Below the pieces are notes generated by a model. That model was not told where the DNA came from and did not search any database. It saw only the letters and a program-made list of their open reading frames with translations. A DNA stretch of 29,412 nt, taken from the IMG/VR virus record IMGVR_UViG_2617270990_000002, one strand, 5' to 3'. Both the position numbers and the translations under genes were made by a program. Every line of letters starts with the position of its first letter. Positions within the stretch are counted from its first letter, which is position 1. The DNA comes from a virus. Taxonomy: Duplodnaviria > Heunggongvirae > Uroviricota > Caudoviricetes. Of this stretch, positions 26,731 to 29,412 are shown one piece after another.

Positions 26731-27864
26731 CTATTCAGTTTCTGCGATCCAGTCAGATATTTTTGCTTCAAAGTTAAGCTGTGTTGTGAATCCATTACTA
26801 TCAACATCATGCTGTACCTTGCTGATTATCCAGTCCTGGGCGTCAATATCAGCTTTAAAACCGGTTACCGTTGCGTGCATTTCCGGGTACAACTCCGCGC
26901 GCCCGCGCGCCAGGGTGATCGAAAACTCCGCCGCGCCGCGCTGTAACTGCTGCCACTTTGCCGCCGCTGCGCGCCTGGCGGCTTCTTCGTTCTGGAAGGT
27001 TTTACGCATAATAAAAACGTTACCTTCAGCGCCTTCAATATAGTCACCTTCCCTGCTGCTGCTCTTATCCGCTTTTTTAGTTGTGGCACGACGACGGACA
27101 CTGACCTTTTTCTTTTTCCCGTAATTCAGATCAAGCCAGTACGCGCGGACGCCGGTATAAGCGTCACGATCAGCAACGCGGAAGCGGTGCCGGTCGCCAC
27201 TGCTGCGCGTGATGGCAATCGACGGAATAGCCTTCCCTGATGCTGTGAAACCACCACCCGGCACGATAAATAACAGACTGCCATTTTTTACCGTGGCGAT
27301 GGCCCCTAACATTTCCGCCATTCTGGTCAGAAATGACATATCGCTTTCCTGAGTCTGATCGGCGTGGTCAATTTCCACATCCATCAACAGATCGCTGATT
27401 TGCGGCGTCAGGTCATACCGTTTTGCGATAGCGGACACAACCCGCTCCACAGTCACATCATGCCAGGAGACTTCACGCTTCACGTTAAACTCTTCTCTGA
27501 AATCTGCACTCCTGGCGGTCACCGTGATACGGTCTGGCGGCCCGTCATGCGCGACTTCATCAACCGTGTACACGCCCTTATAAACCAGCGCTTCACCCAT
27601 CCACCCCAGCCAGAAAGACAACTCAGCACCGCGCAGCGGAAGGGCAACGCCTCCATCAGTATCATCCAGCTCTAATGTCAGCTGATCGGCGTCAAATCCC
27701 CTGTTGTCCGTCAGGCTGATGGATATCACGCGATCTGATAATTCTGTTAACACCTTTCCGCCCTGCCGGACGCTGAATGCCGGTATTTTTAACGCCTCCG
27801 TCAGGATGTCATCGACACCGCCAGCCGCGCCCGAAATCATACTGCTGATCACTGAAACACTCAT
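26731..27864 (-). CDS. D: P2 gpD-like tail protein (late control gene D family)
   Basis: Start at MSVSVISSMISGAAGG (GGGAGGG SD); about 377 aa; lies immediately upstream of ogr in the P2 gene order D-ogr. Confidence 0.75.
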   Translation of the reverse strand: MSVSVISSMISGAAGGVDDILTEALKIPAFSVRQGGKVLTELSDRVISISLTDNRGFDADQLTLELDDTDGGVALPLRGAELSFWLGWMGEALVYKGVYTVDEVAHDGPPDRITVTARSADFREEFNVKREVSWHDVTVERVVSAIAKRYDLTPQISDLLMDVEIDHADQTQESDMSFLTRMAEMLGAIATVKNGSLLFIVPGGGFTASGKAIPSIAITRSSGDRHRFRVADRDAYTGVRAYWLDLNYGKKKKVSVRRRATTKKADKSSSREGDYIEGAEGNVFIMRKTFQNEEAARRAAAAKWQQLQRGAAEFSITLARGRAELYPEMHATVTGFKADIDAQDWIISKVQHDVDSNGFTTQLNFEAKISDWIAETE

Positions 27865-27924
27865 ACACCCTCCCGTTTTGCTGAATAATTCCACGCGGGC
27901 GCGCGTGGGAGAATTCGTTTTAGT

Positions 27925-27942
27925 TGTCAGAGAGATAGCACA
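27925..27942 (+). promoter_or_regulatory. P2-type late promoter element (Ogr-binding dyad TGT-N12-ACA) upstream of the sheath fragment
   Basis: TGTcagagagatagcACA at 27925-27942, centred about 84 bp upstream of the sheath ATG (28018), consistent with the -55 dyad of P2 late promoters. Confidence 0.5.
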
Positions 27943-28017
27943 ACCAGAAAGGCGTGAAGCTGTTACGTCAATCAGCAATCATGGTGGCGAACTCAACAAA
28001 ACGTAATGGTGACAAAC

Positions 28018-28212
28018 ATGTCTGAGACACGTTTTCACGGTGCTCGCACCAAAGAAGAAACCGACATCACGAAGGTAATTAACGACATTGACTCCAGCGT
28101 CATTGGCGTAATTGTCATCGCTGATGACGCGGACGAAGACGCATTTCCACTCAACACCCCAACGCTTATCACGCGGCCTCAGTCGATGCTGGGCAAGGCG
28201 GGGAAAACAGGG
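28018..28212 (+). pseudogene. P2 FI-like tail sheath gene, N-terminal 65 codons only, interrupted by IS186
   Basis: MSETRFHGARTKEETDITKVINDIDSSVIGVIVIADDADEDAFPLNTPTLITRPQSMLGKAGKTG resembles the P2 sheath N-terminus (...DADAETFPLNKPVLIT...SKAGKKG); the frame then runs into IS186 (HKR-stop). Confidence 0.6.
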
Positions 28213-29412
28213 CATAAGCGCTAACTTAAGGGTTGTGGTATTACGCCTGATATGATTTAACGTGCCGATGAATTACTCTCACGATAACTGGTCAGCAATT
28301 CTGGCCCATATTGGTAAGCCCGAAGAACTGGATACTTCGGCACGTAATGCCTTGGCTCTAACCCGCCGCCGCTAAATTCGTGATGCTGCAACTCTGCTAC
28401 GTCTGGGGCTGGCTTACGGCCCCGGGGGGATGTCATTACGTGAAGTCACTGCATGGGCTCAGCTCCATGACGTTGCAACATTATCTGACGTGGCTCTCCT
28501 GAAGCGGCTGCGGAATGCCGCCGACTGGTTTGGCATACTTGCCGCACAAACACTTGCTGTACGCGCCGCAGTTACGGGTTGTACAAGCGGAAAGAGATTG
28601 CGTCTTGTCGATGGAACAGCAATCAGTGCGCCCGGGGGCGGCAGCGCTGAATGGCGACTACATATGGGATATGATCCTCATACCTGTCAGTTCACTGATT
28701 TTGAGCTAACCGACAGCAGAGACGCTGAACGGCTGGACCGATTTGCGCAAACGGCAGACGAGATACGCATTGCTGACCGGGGATTCGGTTCGCGTCCCGA
28801 ATGTATCCGCTCACTTGCTTTTGGAGAAGCTGATTATATCGTCCGGGTTCACTGGCGAGGATTGCGCTGGTTAACTGCAGAAGGAATGCGCTTTGACATG
28901 ATGGGTTTTCTGCGCGGGCTGGATTGCGGTAAGAACGGTGAAACCACTGTAATGATAGGCAATTCAGGTAATAAAAAAGCCGGAGCTCCCTTTCCGGCAC
29001 GTCTCATTGCCGTATCACTTCCTCCCGAAAAAGCATTAATCAGTAAAACCCGACTGCTCAGCGAGAATCGTCGAAAAGGACGAGTAGTTCAGGCGGAAAC
29101 GCTGGAAGCAGCGGGCCATGTGCTATTGCTAACATCATTACCGGAAGATGAATATTCAGCAGAGCAAGTGGCTGATTGTTACCGTCTGCGATGGCAAATT
29201 GAACTGGCTTTTAAGCGGCTCAAAAGTTTGCTGCACCTGGATGCTTTGCGTGCAAAGGAACCTGAACTCGCGAAAGCGTGGATATTTGCTAATCTACTCG
29301 CCGCATTTTTAATTGACGACATAATCCAGCCATCGCTGGATTTCCCCCCCAGAAGTGCCGGATCCGAAAAGAAGAACTAACTCGTTGTGGAGAATAACAA
29401 AAATGGTCATCT
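28213..29412 (+). mobile_element. IS186 (IS4 family), left end and most of the element; right end beyond the window
   Basis: Begins cataagcgctaacttaagggttg (IS186 terminus as remembered) and encodes the InsL transposase. Confidence 0.9.
28268..29380 (+). pseudogene. insL: IS186 transposase InsL with an in-frame TAA at codon 36
   Basis: MNYSHDNWSAILAHIGKPEELDTSARNALALTRRR-TAA-IRDAATLLRLGLAYGPGGMSLREV...; the stop (28373-28375) is in frame with both halves, and the track's 316-aa ORF (28430..29380) is the downstream remainder. Confidence 0.8.

Noticed and set aside
1-29412. CRISPR arrays, tRNA or rRNA genes, and canonical defence systems (restriction-modification, toxin-antitoxin, abortive-infection nucleases)
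   Set aside because: No regularly spaced direct repeats, no cloverleaf-like or rRNA-like segments, and every sizeable ORF is accounted for by phage structural, transposition or IS functions; nothing supports calling a defence system.

Overview
This window is a stack of decaying mobile elements of the kind seen in Escherichia/Shigella; I found no CRISPR array, rRNA or tRNA, and no recognisable defence system, so the novelty here is architectural rather than a new system. All identifications are from reading the translations and DNA against remembered protein families; no database search was run. Contents, left to right: (1) the last 367 bp of an IS1 copy. (2) About 7.6 kb of the left arm of a Mu-like transposable prophage running right to left (repressor, ner, DDE transposase A, B ATPase, a block of small early genes, gam), cut by the IS1. 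(3) A lambda-like late operon on the minus strand from a cos site near 24.83 kb through Nu1, A, W-like, portal, a ClpP-protease/capsid fusion, FII-like, Z, U, V, G/G-T, H, M, L, K, I to J. J is cut after codon 579 by the Mu-like insertion. (4) Small prophage cargo genes beyond cos, including a gns-like gene broken at a T7/A7 homopolymer. (5) A rearranged P2-like remnant: ogr and D on the minus strand, plus an Ogr-type late promoter driving a 65-codon sheath fragment on the plus strand. (6) An IS186 copy inserted in that sheath fragment, carrying an in-frame TAA at codon 36 of its transposase and running off the window end. Most other plus-strand ORFs in the track are antisense shadows of these genes.
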